From Candidatus Scalinduaceae bacterium (GTDB lineage: Bacteria > Planctomycetota > Brocadiia > Brocadiales > Scalinduaceae), in NCBI GenBank assembly GCA_046759445.1, contig JBHICG010000055.1:1-23850 (forward strand): 23,850 nt of DNA, read 5' to 3'. The number at the start of each line of letters is the position of its first letter. Within the stretch, counting starts at the first letter, position 1. Below are positions 1 through 9,510 of the stretch, one piece after another. The notes beneath the pieces were generated by a model that was not told the DNA's origin, ran no database searches, and saw only the letters and a list, made by a program, of their open reading frames with translations. The position numbers and the translations under genes were made by a program.

Positions 1-377
1 AATTGAAGCTGGAGCATAATCTTGGTTTTGCTGAAGAATTTGTCGAATCTTATCTGAGCACGGGTGATTCCCTGGAGGAAAAGAGGCAAATCCTGAAGGG
101 CATTTTGAATTGTATATTACAATATTATCGTGACCTTCTAATAGTCAAAATCAGACATACACGCAGCAGCGCTGACGAAGGAGATTTAGGTCTGTTTAAT
201 GCTGGCAATGAAGATACCCTTCAAGCTCAGAGCAGGTTTTTTACACAGGAACAAATAACGAACATAATTGATGAAATTATGAAGTCTATTAAATACATCG
301 ATTATAATCTGAACATTAATTTATTGATTGAGAATATATTTACAAGGATAGCAGTACTGAAGTCTACTAATGAGTAA
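1..377 (+). CDS. holB: DNA polymerase III delta' subunit, C-terminal part (5' end outside window)
   Basis: ORF open from the window edge. The segment YYRDLLIVK...IDEIMKSIKYIDYNLNINLLIENIF resembles the HolB C-terminal domain. Confidence 0.7.
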   Translation, partial: LKLEHNLGFAEEFVESYLSTGDSLEEKRQILKGILNCILQYYRDLLIVKIRHTRSSADEGDLGLFNAGNEDTLQAQSRFFTQEQITNIIDEIMKSIKYIDYNLNINLLIENIFTRIAVLKSTNE

Positions 378-702
378 TAACCCCGAAAAGATTATTTATT
401 CAATGATGAGAGTCAGCAAATCTTATCAGAAAAAAACTGCGATTAAGGACATATCTCTTTACTATTTTTATGGTGCCAAAATTGGTATCCTGAGATTAAA
501 TGGAGCAGGAACCTGTAATTGCCATCACGCATGATCGTTATTTCCTGGATAATGTAGCCGGTTGGATTTTAGAGCTCGATCAAGGGCATGGTATTCCCTG
601 GAAAGGCAATTATTCAGATTATGAAGCGGACCTAAAAAAAGACTGGGAAAAGCCGCCGATCAACCACATCGGATTAAATACAGGTAACTAACAAGGAAAT
701 AA
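370..702 (+). pseudogene. ettA: ABC-F translational throttle protein EttA, internally deleted and frameshifted remnant
   Basis: ATG at 370 reads [47 protein letters not shown] (EttA N-terminus to Walker A). A shifted frame then reads [34 protein letters not shown], followed by [27 protein letters not shown] (EttA C-terminus). Confidence 0.85.
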
Positions 703-781
703 ATTTGCTTTTTTTAGTTTTAGCCAGTGTCTACAAGTACTTTTGTGCGCTAAGAACCTACACTAAAGGACCCCCCATATC

Positions 782-807
782 AATAAAATAGTCGCTGACC
801 CTAATTT
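782..807 (+). repeat. 26-bp R motif AATAAAATAGTCGCTGACCCTAATTT
   Basis: Identical to 21899-21924 and one mismatch from 2000-2025 and 2026-2051. Confidence 0.9.
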
Positions 808-884
808 GAAGCTATTATCTAAGAAGAGTGTATTTGGATATCTTTTCAGTAGGTTCTTTTATTTCAAAAGAAAGGGGTAAGGAG

Positions 885-1592
885 ATGAAGAATATAATTC
901 ATTTTAGCATAATTGCGGTAATAGTAATTTTAATGTCCTCAGTGCGTACTCATGCAACCAATGAAAATTATGGTAATCCTACAATTTTAGAGAACTTGGA
1001 AAACCATGACACCGATGTTAAAACTAAACTTGATGATATATTGGCAGCAGTTCAGAATGGTGGTGGTGATTGCCCAGACGCACCGGTTGAGAAGACCGGG
1101 CAGATAATACCGTATTGGCAGGGAGATGATGGTGAATTGGAGAGAGGGGTAGCTTGGCCAGATCCACGATTTACGGATAATGGAGATGGTACCATAACGG
1201 ATAATTTGACTCACCTTATCTGGGATAAAGATGCAGATCGTTTTGGTTCACAGACATGGATTCTCGCGTTAAACGCTTGCAACTTATTGGCTGAAAATGG
1301 TGTTGATCTTACAGACGGATCACAAGTAGGAGATTGGTCCCTCCCAAATTATAAAGAAATAGTAAGTTTACTCCATTTGGGTGTTAGTAATCCAGCTCTG
1401 CCAGACACATTAGGCACTGGTAAGTGGAGCGATGGTGATCCCTTCCACAATGTGCAGACCGGATACTGGACGTCTACCACGGATCACTTCCAAAACAGCA
1501 AAGCATGGATCGTGGGGATGCAAGATGGATCCCTCCTCACAGGAGACAAGGGAATCTCCGGCAGAGCGTGGTGTGTCCGAGGCGGGCCATGA
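885..1592 (+). CDS. Exported DUF1566 (Lcl C-terminal-like) domain protein
   Basis: Hydrophobic N-terminal signal from ATG 885, preceded by a purine-rich RBS-like tract (the ORF track starts at 828). Motifs RFTDNGDGTITDNLTHLIW, DWSLPNYKEI, YWTSTT and AWCVRGG are typical of DUF1566. Confidence 0.8.
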   Translation: MKNIIHFSIIAVIVILMSSVRTHATNENYGNPTILENLENHDTDVKTKLDDILAAVQNGGGDCPDAPVEKTGQIIPYWQGDDGELERGVAWPDPRFTDNGDGTITDNLTHLIWDKDADRFGSQTWILALNACNLLAENGVDLTDGSQVGDWSLPNYKEIVSLLHLGVSNPALPDTLGTGKWSDGDPFHNVQTGYWTSTTDHFQNSKAWIVGMQDGSLLTGDKGISGRAWCVRGGP

Positions 1593-1687
1593 CCCGTGAC
1601 CTATTTGAAAATTTTAGTTATTTGATTATTTAATGTATCCAAGAGATTGTGTTCTAGAAAAAGAATTGGTGAGAAATCTGAAAAAAG

Positions 1688-1745
1688 GACATAATTAGGG
1701 ACAGCGACATAATTAGGGACATAATTAGGGACAGCGACCGTTTTA
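1688..1745 (+). repeat. Stuttered L motif cluster, three AATTAGGGAC cores
   Basis: GACATAATTAGGGACAGC-GACATAATTAGG-GACATAATTAGGGACAGC-GACCGTTTTA. The last unit is an imperfect inverted copy of the R motif. Confidence 0.9.
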
Positions 1746-2026
1746 ATTAACACACTAAAACTTCACAAATCCCTTTTCTGCAAGGTAATTTAATATCGCT
1801 CTCGTTGATTCCTCAACTGACAGCTCTGATGAATCAATCGTTAACTCAGGATCTGAAGGCTCTTCATAAGGCGCTGATATGCCCGTAAATTCCTTCACCT
1901 CACCTGCAAGCGCCTTTTTATATAGCCCCTTTTGTCACGCTGCTCACATACATCAAGAGGGCATTTTACATAGACCTCTATAAACTCTCCCTCCTTTTAA
2001 ATAAAATAGGCGCTGACCCTAATTTA
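1721..2026. mobile_element. 306-bp repeat copy 1 (L motif, cysC fragment, R motif); possibly non-autonomous element or array spacer
   Basis: Matches 21620-21925 (offset 19899), with one mismatch seen (2010 G vs 21909 T). Ends are imperfect inverted repeats: AATTAGGGACAGCGACCGTTTTA versus reverse complement AATTAGGGTCAGCG(A/C)CTATTTTA. Mobility is inferred. Confidence 0.7.
1755..1996 (-). pseudogene. cysC: Adenylylsulfate kinase 3' fragment with a 1-nt frameshift
   Basis: Minus strand reads KEGEFIEVYVKCPLDVCEQRD, frameshift, KGLYKKALAGEVKEFTGISAPYEEPSDPELTIDSSELSVEESTRAILNYLAEKGFVKF*, the conserved APS kinase C-terminal half. Confidence 0.9.
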
Positions 2027-2051
2027 ATAAAATAGGCGCTGACCCTAATTT
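2000..2051 (+). repeat. Perfect tandem duplication of the 26-bp R motif
   Basis: AATAAAATAGGCGCTGACCCTAATTT at 2000-2025 and again at 2026-2051. Confidence 0.95.
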
Positions 2052-2313
2052 ATGTCACGTTACTACCTATATAAATAGCACCATAATTTCCCTCCGTTTT
2101 ACAAATATATGGTACAAGTGGCAAAGATTCTAACAGTGGGTAAAGGTATTCCAAGGGTCGATTTAACACTTCCTCTGTCTGCTTGTCTTGTTGTAATTTT
2201 TCTTCCTTACGCAACATGTGTAATCAAGTAAGTTATAGATAATTAATATACATTTGATAGAGTGGCATTTTATACTATCAAAATCAACGGTAACTTCAAA
2301 GGGTAAAAACATA

Positions 2314-2427
2314 ATGATACTCAATCTTGAATGGCTCAAACCTAAAGAAAAGCCTTATTTCCACCAAATCTCACTGGATTGCATAGAAAAGTTAGTTGAG
2401 TATCCGGAAAGGTTTAATAAAGGTTAA
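2314..2427 (+). pseudogene. Short ORF or decayed hypothetical gene
   Basis: MILNLEWLKPKEKPYFHQISLDCIEKLVEYPERFNKG* is protein-like, and protein-like sequence continues past the stop. No function recognised. Confidence 0.3.
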
Positions 2428-2774
2428 ATAGATAATGATACTTTATTATTTTGATATCATAAAGCGGAAAATGATGAATTGAGATTAAAGTATGAAATGT
2501 AGAAAATACGGAGAATAAGGGTGGTGATTTCTCAGACTTGGAACACTACAGCTTGATATATGAAACTTTCTATCTTTATATCCTACAACAACTTAAATCA
2601 GCCTGATGTAAACTAATAGAGTAAATAAACGCATTCTGAAGATTTCTAACCTTTGTTAATACACGGTTGATTGTGTGGTTATCTTATTACCTCACCAAGA
2701 AAAATTTGGGCGTTGTTCCTTAATGTCCACATCACAACTTTCTTGATAAAATCAACTTCCATTTATTGGATATA

Positions 2775-3919
2775 CTATCCAGTATTAAACGCTTCATTTA
2801 TATGAGATGTTAGCGTTGAGAAATCAAAAGGCTTCCTGATAATAAAGTCTATCTTCAACTCCTCTTTACTTTTAGTCTCAATCTTTTCATCCCAACCCGT
2901 AATCAGACCTACTTTTGGCTTTTTGTCTAACGCATCTAGGACTTTTACTATATCATGTCCAGACATGTCCGGCAGGACAAGGTCACATAAAATTAGACCA
3001 AAATCTTCGTTCTTTAGTAACTTGATTGCCTCAGTACCATTATTAACACTCCTAACTTCATGACCATCCCTGGAGAAATATTTATTTAGAACACTGCATA
3101 TTTCCTCCTCATCATCTATCACCAATATGCGTAGTCCATGTGCCTTTATCTTCCGGGGCGGATCAGGTGATACTGCTAGTTGAGGTGTTTCTCTCGTAAT
3201 CGGAATACTCAGGGTAAACGTTGCACCTTTTCCTACTTCGCTTTCCACTTCTATCTTTCCACCATGCCCTGTTATTACACCATAAGTAACACTCATACCC
3301 AGTCCACTTCCTTCTGACCTCTTGGTTGTAAAAAATGGATCAAATATCCTCTTCCTTACCTCTTCTGTCATACCCTCACCAGTGTCTGATATGCTTACGA
3401 ATACAGTATCATCCTTACTCCATGTGCAAAATGATATACAACCACCACCAGTCATTGCATCCAGGGCATTATTTATTATGTTTACGAATACCTCTCTCAA
3501 CTCCGGAGGATTACCCAGTACGTCTGGTATCTTCTTGATACCAGTTTTGTCTATGTTGTAGGTTATTTCCCCGGCCTTGGCTATATTCATCCATCTAGGC
3601 CTTGAGAATTCTATCGCCTGTTCTAATATTTTCTTTATATCCACTGACATAAACTCTGAGGCGTCTCTCTCTACTTTAGTAAACTTCTTCATTCTTCTGA
3701 CTATTTCAGCACCATCGTTTACGGCCTTGCGAATAATACGAAATCCATCCATCATTTCTTTATGGTCTCCATATTTCTCTCCCATCAACTGTGCATTGCC
3801 CGAGATGACTGCAAGGATATTGTTAAAATCGTGAGCCACACCAGACGTCATCATACCCATGGCCCTCAATTTTTCTGTCTGCAATATCATTTCATCCATC
3901 TTTTTACGCTCAGTGATGT
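2775..3919 (-). repeat. 1145-bp kinase-receiver module, copy 1
   Basis: Appears identical to 8366-9510 (offset 5591). Protein tails and the antisense ORFs in the track are identical. Confidence 0.93.
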
Positions 3920-5009
3920 TGCGGACAAAAGCACAAATGTATTCCTGGCCTTCATACTCAAGATAAGTAGATTGGATTTCCACGGGAAATACAAGGCCGG
4001 CCTTGGTCTTGTGATGACCTTCGAAAGTAAGTGTGCCTGCTTCCTTCATTTCCTGCCAATGTGCCGGCCAGGACTCATCTGGGAAGTCAGGATCAATGTC
4101 ATGGACTCTCATGCAAGTAAGTTCCTCGTAAGAATATCCCAACGACTGGCAGGCAGCTTTATTTGCATAAGATATTTTTGCATCCGACTTCACCCAGTAG
4201 GTGGCATCTGCATTGTTATCAATGGCAAACTGAGTAAACTGCAGAACTTCTTCCATACGCTTGCGCTCGGTGATATCAGTCATCGTCCCAACATAACCCA
4301 CAAGATCTCCGTTATCCACTATCTCAGGCAAAGCTTGTCCAAAGACCCAGGTTATTGTGCCATCAGGTTGAAGAAAACGATATTCAGATTTAAATATAGA
4401 CTTACTCTTTGCAGCCTGGTACCACTTCGTGAAGATACGATCACGGTCATCTGGATGCAAAGCTCGCGCCCAGCCTTCTCCTTTTGCTTCTTCCATGGCG
4501 AGACCAGTTATCTCACACCATCGCTCGTTTACGTATAAGCAATGTCCCTCAGAATCTGTATGGAACATTCCTACAGGCGATAACTTTGCCAGGGCATGAT
4601 AATGTTCTTCACTCTTCCGTAGTTTTTCTTCTGCTTGCTTACGCTCGGTGATTTGTTTGATGATAGGCAGAAGACGATCCATATTTATTGGTTTTGTTTC
4701 ATAAGATACTACATGTTCTTGCTTCGCTGCTTCGATGGCGCTATCGATCGAAGCATAACCAGTTATATAGATGTACTCCGTTGAAGGGGAGATCTTAGAC
4801 ATTTCACTTACAACCGTATTACCTGAAATATCAGGTAGCTTAATATCAACAAGCGCTAGATCGTAGCTATCCTTCTGGCAAAAGCTAATTGCCTCCTTGC
4901 CGTTAATTGCAGTATTTACTGCATAGCCATTCATCTCCAAAATGTCCTTGATATTAGCATTGTGTTCTGCTTCGTCATCAACAATTAGTATGCGGTATCT
5001 CCTCTGCAT
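2775..5009 (-). CDS. Hybrid sensor histidine kinase REC-PAS-PAS-HisKA-HATPase-REC
   Basis: N-terminal ILIVDDE...LVDIKLPD receiver, two PAS domains ending DITERK/NITERK, H-box GVAHDFNNIL, N-box NIINNALDAM, G-boxes DTGEGM and GSGLGM, C-terminal receiver. Confidence 0.95.
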   Translation of the reverse strand: MQRRYRILIVDDEAEHNANIKDILEMNGYAVNTAINGKEAISFCQKDSYDLALVDIKLPDISGNTVVSEMSKISPSTEYIYITGYASIDSAIEAAKQEHVVSYETKPINMDRLLPIIKQITERKQAEEKLRKSEEHYHALAKLSPVGMFHTDSEGHCLYVNERWCEITGLAMEEAKGEGWARALHPDDRDRIFTKWYQAAKSKSIFKSEYRFLQPDGTITWVFGQALPEIVDNGDLVGYVGTMTDITERKRMEEVLQFTQFAIDNNADATYWVKSDAKISYANKAACQSLGYSYEELTCMRVHDIDPDFPDESWPAHWQEMKEAGTLTFEGHHKTKAGLVFPVEIQSTYLEYEGQEYICAFVRNITERKKMDEMILQTEKLRAMGMMTSGVAHDFNNILAVISGNAQLMGEKYGDHKEMMDGFRIIRKAVNDGAEIVRRMKKFTKVERDASEFMSVDIKKILEQAIEFSRPRWMNIAKAGEITYNIDKTGIKKIPDVLGNPPELREVFVNIINNALDAMTGGGCISFCTWSKDDTVFVSISDTGEGMTEEVRKRIFDPFFTTKRSEGSGLGMSVTYGVITGHGGKIEVESEVGKGATFTLSIPITRETPQLAVSPDPPRKIKAHGLRILVIDDEEEICSVLNKYFSRDGHEVRSVNNGTEAIKLLKNEDFGLILCDLVLPDMSGHDIVKVLDALDKKPKVGLITGWDEKIETKSKEELKIDFIIRKPFDFSTLTSHINEAFNTG

Positions 5010-5045
5010 CTGGTTAACTTCCCTTTACAAAAGGGGGAGCTAAAA

Positions 5046-5073
5046 TCGTTCCCACGCTCCAGCGTGGGAACGA
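5046..5073. repeat. REP-like palindrome
   Basis: TCGTTCCCACGCT-CC-AGCGTGGGAACGA, 13-bp perfect arms, intergenic. Confidence 0.75.
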
Positions 5074-5187
5074 GGGATTAATAATTAGTATCTGTTGCCT
5101 TAGCCTTTTATCTGCTTTTTACGTAAAGAATAAACACAAACAAGATAAAACTCTAAAGAGTTAACTTTCTCTTTTATAAGACTGTTT

Positions 5188-5474
5188 TCTTGCTTCTTGT
5201 GTCTTACCTCTTGCCTCTTACTTCCTGCTTCTTATACGTTTCAATCCGCAATCATCAATCGTCTTTCGTCCACATAAAAGTCCAAAGACTTAACTCCAAA
5301 TTCCGCAATCCGCAATCGCCAATCATCAATCGCCTTTCGTCCTTTGGCTGGTTCAGGCTTGTAGCTTGAACCGAAACGTTTAGGTTCAATCAACCTGCCC
5401 AACAGGATGGCAGGCAGGCATGATTGAACCAGCAAGAAAAGTGTATGAGATTCCGGATCAAGTCCGGAATGACA
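5188..5474. repeat. Intergenic cluster of heptamer tandem repeats and small palindromes
   Basis: Six degenerate TCTTRCY-like heptamers (5188-5229), AATCCGC/AATCGCC/AATCATC heptamers (5243-5332), nested GGTTCA...TGAACC and CCTGCC...GGCAGG inverted repeats, and ATTCCGGA-TCAAG-TCCGGAAT (5450-5470). Confidence 0.75.
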
Positions 5475-5490
5475 ATTCTCGGACAACCTG

Positions 5491-6234
5491 TTAGTTTCTA
5501 GTATCAGACTCCAGGATATTCTGTATACACTTCAACAAATGATCCATGTCCAATGGTTTTTCCATACATGCATAGGCTTTTTTTCTTAAAGCCTGCTCGA
5601 TAAGGTCTCCCATCTCTTCCTTATGTCCCGTGATAATAATGGTTTGCACATCTGACCTAAAATTGCGAATAGCCATAACGGTTTCCAGTCCGTCCATAAA
5701 CGGGAGTTTCATATCCATGAGGATAACATCAAATTTGTTTTCCCTTGCCATCTTTACTGCGCTTTCGCCATCCTTGGCAACTGTAACCCGATATCCCTTT
5801 TCACCCAGAGTATCACTCAGGTTGGCACATAATTCCTCGTTATCATCAGCTATCATAATCAACGCTCCGTTTGGAAGGGCTCTTTCGATGCTAAAGAAAA
5901 GCCTTTTAAGGTCTAAGGGCTTTTGGAAGGCACCAAAGGCCCCTTCCTGCAATGACAGTCTGATAAGGTCTTCGACCATAAAAGCCGACATCATAATGAC
6001 AGGTAATCTTGGCGAAATCTCCTTGAGTCTCCTAAAGGTTTCAACACCATCCATCTTTGGCATTTTAACATCCATTAGTACCAGATCAAAGCCGTCCTCT
6101 TTGACCGCGTCAAGGGCATCGAACCCATCATAAACCTCTACAGTTTTGTATCCCTCTAATTCTAGAACGTCTGTAATATTCTCGCAAAAATCGTTATTAT
6201 CATCCACTACAAGAATTCTCTTTCTTGTTTTCAT
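5491..6234 (-). CDS. Tandem double-receiver response regulator (REC-REC)
   Basis: Two receiver domains (ILVVDDN...LMDVKMP...KP and IMIADDN...LMDMKLP...KP), no output domain. Confidence 0.92.
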   Translation of the reverse strand: MKTRKRILVVDDNNDFCENITDVLELEGYKTVEVYDGFDALDAVKEDGFDLVLMDVKMPKMDGVETFRRLKEISPRLPVIMMSAFMVEDLIRLSLQEGAFGAFQKPLDLKRLFFSIERALPNGALIMIADDNEELCANLSDTLGEKGYRVTVAKDGESAVKMARENKFDVILMDMKLPFMDGLETVMAIRNFRSDVQTIIITGHKEEMGDLIEQALRKKAYACMEKPLDMDHLLKCIQNILESDTRN

Positions 6235-6236
6235 AG

Positions 6237-8048
6237 TTAACTCCTTTCGTTGTTTGCTTTAAAAGAAGGTAGTCTGACGATGAATGTAGTCCCTTTCCCC
6301 AGTTCTGATTGGGCCTCTATCTCGCCTCCATGTTTTTCCATAATCATCTGACAGATGGTAAGTCCAAATCCAAGACCCTTTGCCTTAGTACCGAAGAATG
6401 ACTGGAAGATTTTTTTTAGGTCTCCCGACGGAATGCCGGGACCAGAGTCCTTGAACGATACTTCAACCCAATTATTATTTCCTCTACTAGCAGTTACCCA
6501 AATTGTCCCTTTTTTATCCATTGCCTGTACTGCATTGTTTAAGATGTTGTTGAATACTATTAAGAGCTGTCTCCCATCCGCATCCACGAACAACTTATCT
6601 TTTGGCACCTTCTCAACAATCTTGACAGCTTGTGGTATGCTAGAGATATTTATCCCATCTTCTATAACATCGGCAATATCCATTCTGTCCTTTTGAGGCT
6701 CCTTCATCTTTGTCAGATCTTGCAGGCTTTGGATAATATCAGTGGAAATCCTGGTCTGTTTGATTATGCGATTGAGGTGCGTCATAGTTTTTTCATCCGC
6801 ATCTTTATGTTTCTTCTTCAGGTAGTAGGCCGAACTGTCAATAACACCCAGAGGATTCCGTATTTCATGTGCAATGCCACTTGCTAACTTGCCCAGCACT
6901 ACCAGACGCTCTGTGCGTACCAGTTCCTCATGAGAATCCTTAATGCACCGAATCATGGAATTGAATCCTTTCGCCAGAATACCCACCTCATCCGAGGTGG
7001 TTACGCGTGCTTGAGCATCGAGGTCTCCACCCGTCACCTTTTGGACTGTCCGGCTTAGGCGCCTTATAGGACGTGAAAGGTTGGTAGAAATTATAACCGT
7101 AAGCCCGAGCACAATGATAATGCTGGCTATAGCGGTAAAGGTAAAGTAATAAAAACTCTCTTTCAAAGAGGCAAAGGCCTCTGCCTTATCCACCTCTGCT
7201 AGTAGTATCCAACCGTACTCAGGTATATCTACAGAGGCGCCAACAATTGGAACACCTCTATAGTCGGCATAGATGCCGGTCATTCCTTTACCACTCTCGA
7301 CAATCCTACGTACCGGTTCGGTATCCACCACCTGATTGAGGGCAGCATCCTCAGTAAACCTCGACTCAGTAAGCATTATCTTCCCTCGACTTACAATATA
7401 GATCTCTCCAGTCTCTCCCATACCAACACGGCCTGTCGTGATCTTATTCAGAGATTTCAGGTCATAGGCATTGATAATGACACCCATTGTCTTATTCTCC
7501 TGTCTACTGGTAAGAGGCGCGGAAATAAATATGCAGTTTACATTTAGATAAGGAGCATAATAAGACTTACCGGTGTATGTCTCTCCGTAGTTTTTACTTA
7601 CGCAACTCATAAATAGCTCATCTTCAGACATATCTTTTCCAATCCATTTCTCACTGGTAGACGCAACAACCTTACCGTTTATGTCCAAAACGGCTATTGC
7701 CACTATGTGGGCGTCCAAAGGTTTCTTGTTCACTACAAGATATCTGTTTAGTCTTACGAAAGCATGGCTTTGAGATCCCCTGCTGGCAATTGTACCAAGA
7801 ATGTCTCTTATAAATCCGTCGGAACTAAAATCAATAATTCGTCCCTTTTTTGCATCCAGAAAGGACAATGTGTGAATCCTCTTCGACTCTGCAATTGCTA
7901 CCATCTTCTGCAGTGCATGACTCTTTAGAGCACGTCTTGTGTTTAAGTAGTATATTGTTGTGATTATGGAAATGGGTATGAGTGAGATGCTGAGTCCAAA
8001 TACAAGTAATCTTATCTTTATTGAACGAAATATACCCATATTGAACAC
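6237..8048 (-). CDS. Membrane sensor histidine kinase (Cache-like sensor, HAMP, HisKA, HATPase)
   Basis: Two TM segments flank a Cache-like region (YADYRGVPIVGA...GWILLAEVD). HAMP ...DEVGILAKGFNSM, H-box GIAHEIRNPL, DSGPGI, GLGFGL. Confidence 0.92.
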   Translation of the reverse strand: MFNMGIFRSIKIRLLVFGLSISLIPISIITTIYYLNTRRALKSHALQKMVAIAESKRIHTLSFLDAKKGRIIDFSSDGFIRDILGTIASRGSQSHAFVRLNRYLVVNKKPLDAHIVAIAVLDINGKVVASTSEKWIGKDMSEDELFMSCVSKNYGETYTGKSYYAPYLNVNCIFISAPLTSRQENKTMGVIINAYDLKSLNKITTGRVGMGETGEIYIVSRGKIMLTESRFTEDAALNQVVDTEPVRRIVESGKGMTGIYADYRGVPIVGASVDIPEYGWILLAEVDKAEAFASLKESFYYFTFTAIASIIIVLGLTVIISTNLSRPIRRLSRTVQKVTGGDLDAQARVTTSDEVGILAKGFNSMIRCIKDSHEELVRTERLVVLGKLASGIAHEIRNPLGVIDSSAYYLKKKHKDADEKTMTHLNRIIKQTRISTDIIQSLQDLTKMKEPQKDRMDIADVIEDGINISSIPQAVKIVEKVPKDKLFVDADGRQLLIVFNNILNNAVQAMDKKGTIWVTASRGNNNWVEVSFKDSGPGIPSGDLKKIFQSFFGTKAKGLGFGLTICQMIMEKHGGEIEAQSELGKGTTFIVRLPSFKANNERS

Positions 8049-8073
8049 CTCCCACCAAGAAGGATATAACAGT

Positions 8074-8101
8074 GTAGGGGCTCAAAATTTTGAGCCCCTA
8101 C
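8074..8101. repeat. Perfect 28-bp GTAG-type REP-like palindrome
   Basis: GTAGGGGCTCAAAA-TTTTGAGCCCCTAC. Confidence 0.75.
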
Positions 8102-8365
8102 TCGTCTATCTCTACGGCATTATAATTGAGTGTTGATATAGAATAGTATGAATAGAAAAACTGCTATGTGAGTGAGTTTATATGTGAGTATGTGGGTAAA
8201 AATTATTCCAACAAAATCTTGTAACAGCACCAGCTTCCCCCAATTACAATATATTGTTCTATAATTTTTGGATGATTAAACTACGTTAAACTATTACTAC
8301 AGCAGTATAAAGTCAAGTACAAATTACAATTTTCTTGATAAATCAACCTGCTTTTAGCGGATATG

Positions 8366-9510
8366 CTATCCAGTATTAAACGCTTCATTTATATGAGATG
8401 TTAGCGTTGAGAAATCAAAAGGCTTCCTGATAATAAAGTCTATCTTCAACTCCTCTTTACTTTTAGTCTCAATCTTTTCATCCCAACCCGTAATCAGACC
8501 TACTTTTGGCTTTTTGTCTAACGCATCTAGGACTTTTACTATATCATGTCCAGACATGTCCGGCAGGACAAGGTCACATAAAATTAGACCAAAATCTTCG
8601 TTCTTTAGTAACTTGATTGCCTCAGTACCATTATTAACACTCCTAACTTCATGACCATCCCTGGAGAAATATTTATTTAGAACACTGCATATTTCCTCCT
8701 CATCATCTATCACCAATATGCGTAGTCCATGTGCCTTTATCTTCCGGGGCGGATCAGGTGATACTGCTAGTTGAGGTGTTTCTCTCGTAATCGGAATACT
8801 CAGGGTAAACGTTGCACCTTTTCCTACTTCGCTTTCCACTTCTATCTTTCCACCATGCCCTGTTATTACACCATAAGTAACACTCATACCCAGTCCACTT
8901 CCTTCTGACCTCTTGGTTGTAAAAAATGGATCAAATATCCTCTTCCTTACCTCTTCTGTCATACCCTCACCAGTGTCTGATATGCTTACGAATACAGTAT
9001 CATCCTTACTCCATGTGCAAAATGATATACAACCACCACCAGTCATTGCATCCAGGGCATTATTTATTATGTTTACGAATACCTCTCTCAACTCCGGAGG
9101 ATTACCCAGTACGTCTGGTATCTTCTTGATACCAGTTTTGTCTATGTTGTAGGTTATTTCCCCGGCCTTGGCTATATTCATCCATCTAGGCCTTGAGAAT
9201 TCTATCGCCTGTTCTAATATTTTCTTTATATCCACTGACATAAACTCTGAGGCGTCTCTCTCTACTTTAGTAAACTTCTTCATTCTTCTGACTATTTCAG
9301 CACCATCGTTTACGGCCTTGCGAATAATACGAAATCCATCCATCATTTCTTTATGGTCTCCATATTTCTCTCCCATCAACTGTGCATTGCCCGAGATGAC
9401 TGCAAGGATATTGTTAAAATCGTGAGCCACACCAGACGTCATCATACCCATGGCCCTCAATTTTTCTGTCTGCAATATCATTTCATCCATCTTTTTACGC
9501 TCAGTGATGT
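8366..9510 (-). repeat. 1145-bp kinase-receiver module, copy 2
   Basis: Appears identical to 2775-3919. Identity stops at the ITERK linker. Confidence 0.93.

Noticed and set aside
500..691. 63-aa ORF as an independent gene
   Set aside because: It is one frame of the ettA pseudogene.
1688..2051. CRISPR array
   Set aside because: Repeats are adjacent or inverted, with no regular unique spacers and no cas genes.
5241..5486. 81-aa minus-strand ORF
   Set aside because: Built almost entirely from palindromes and heptamer repeats.
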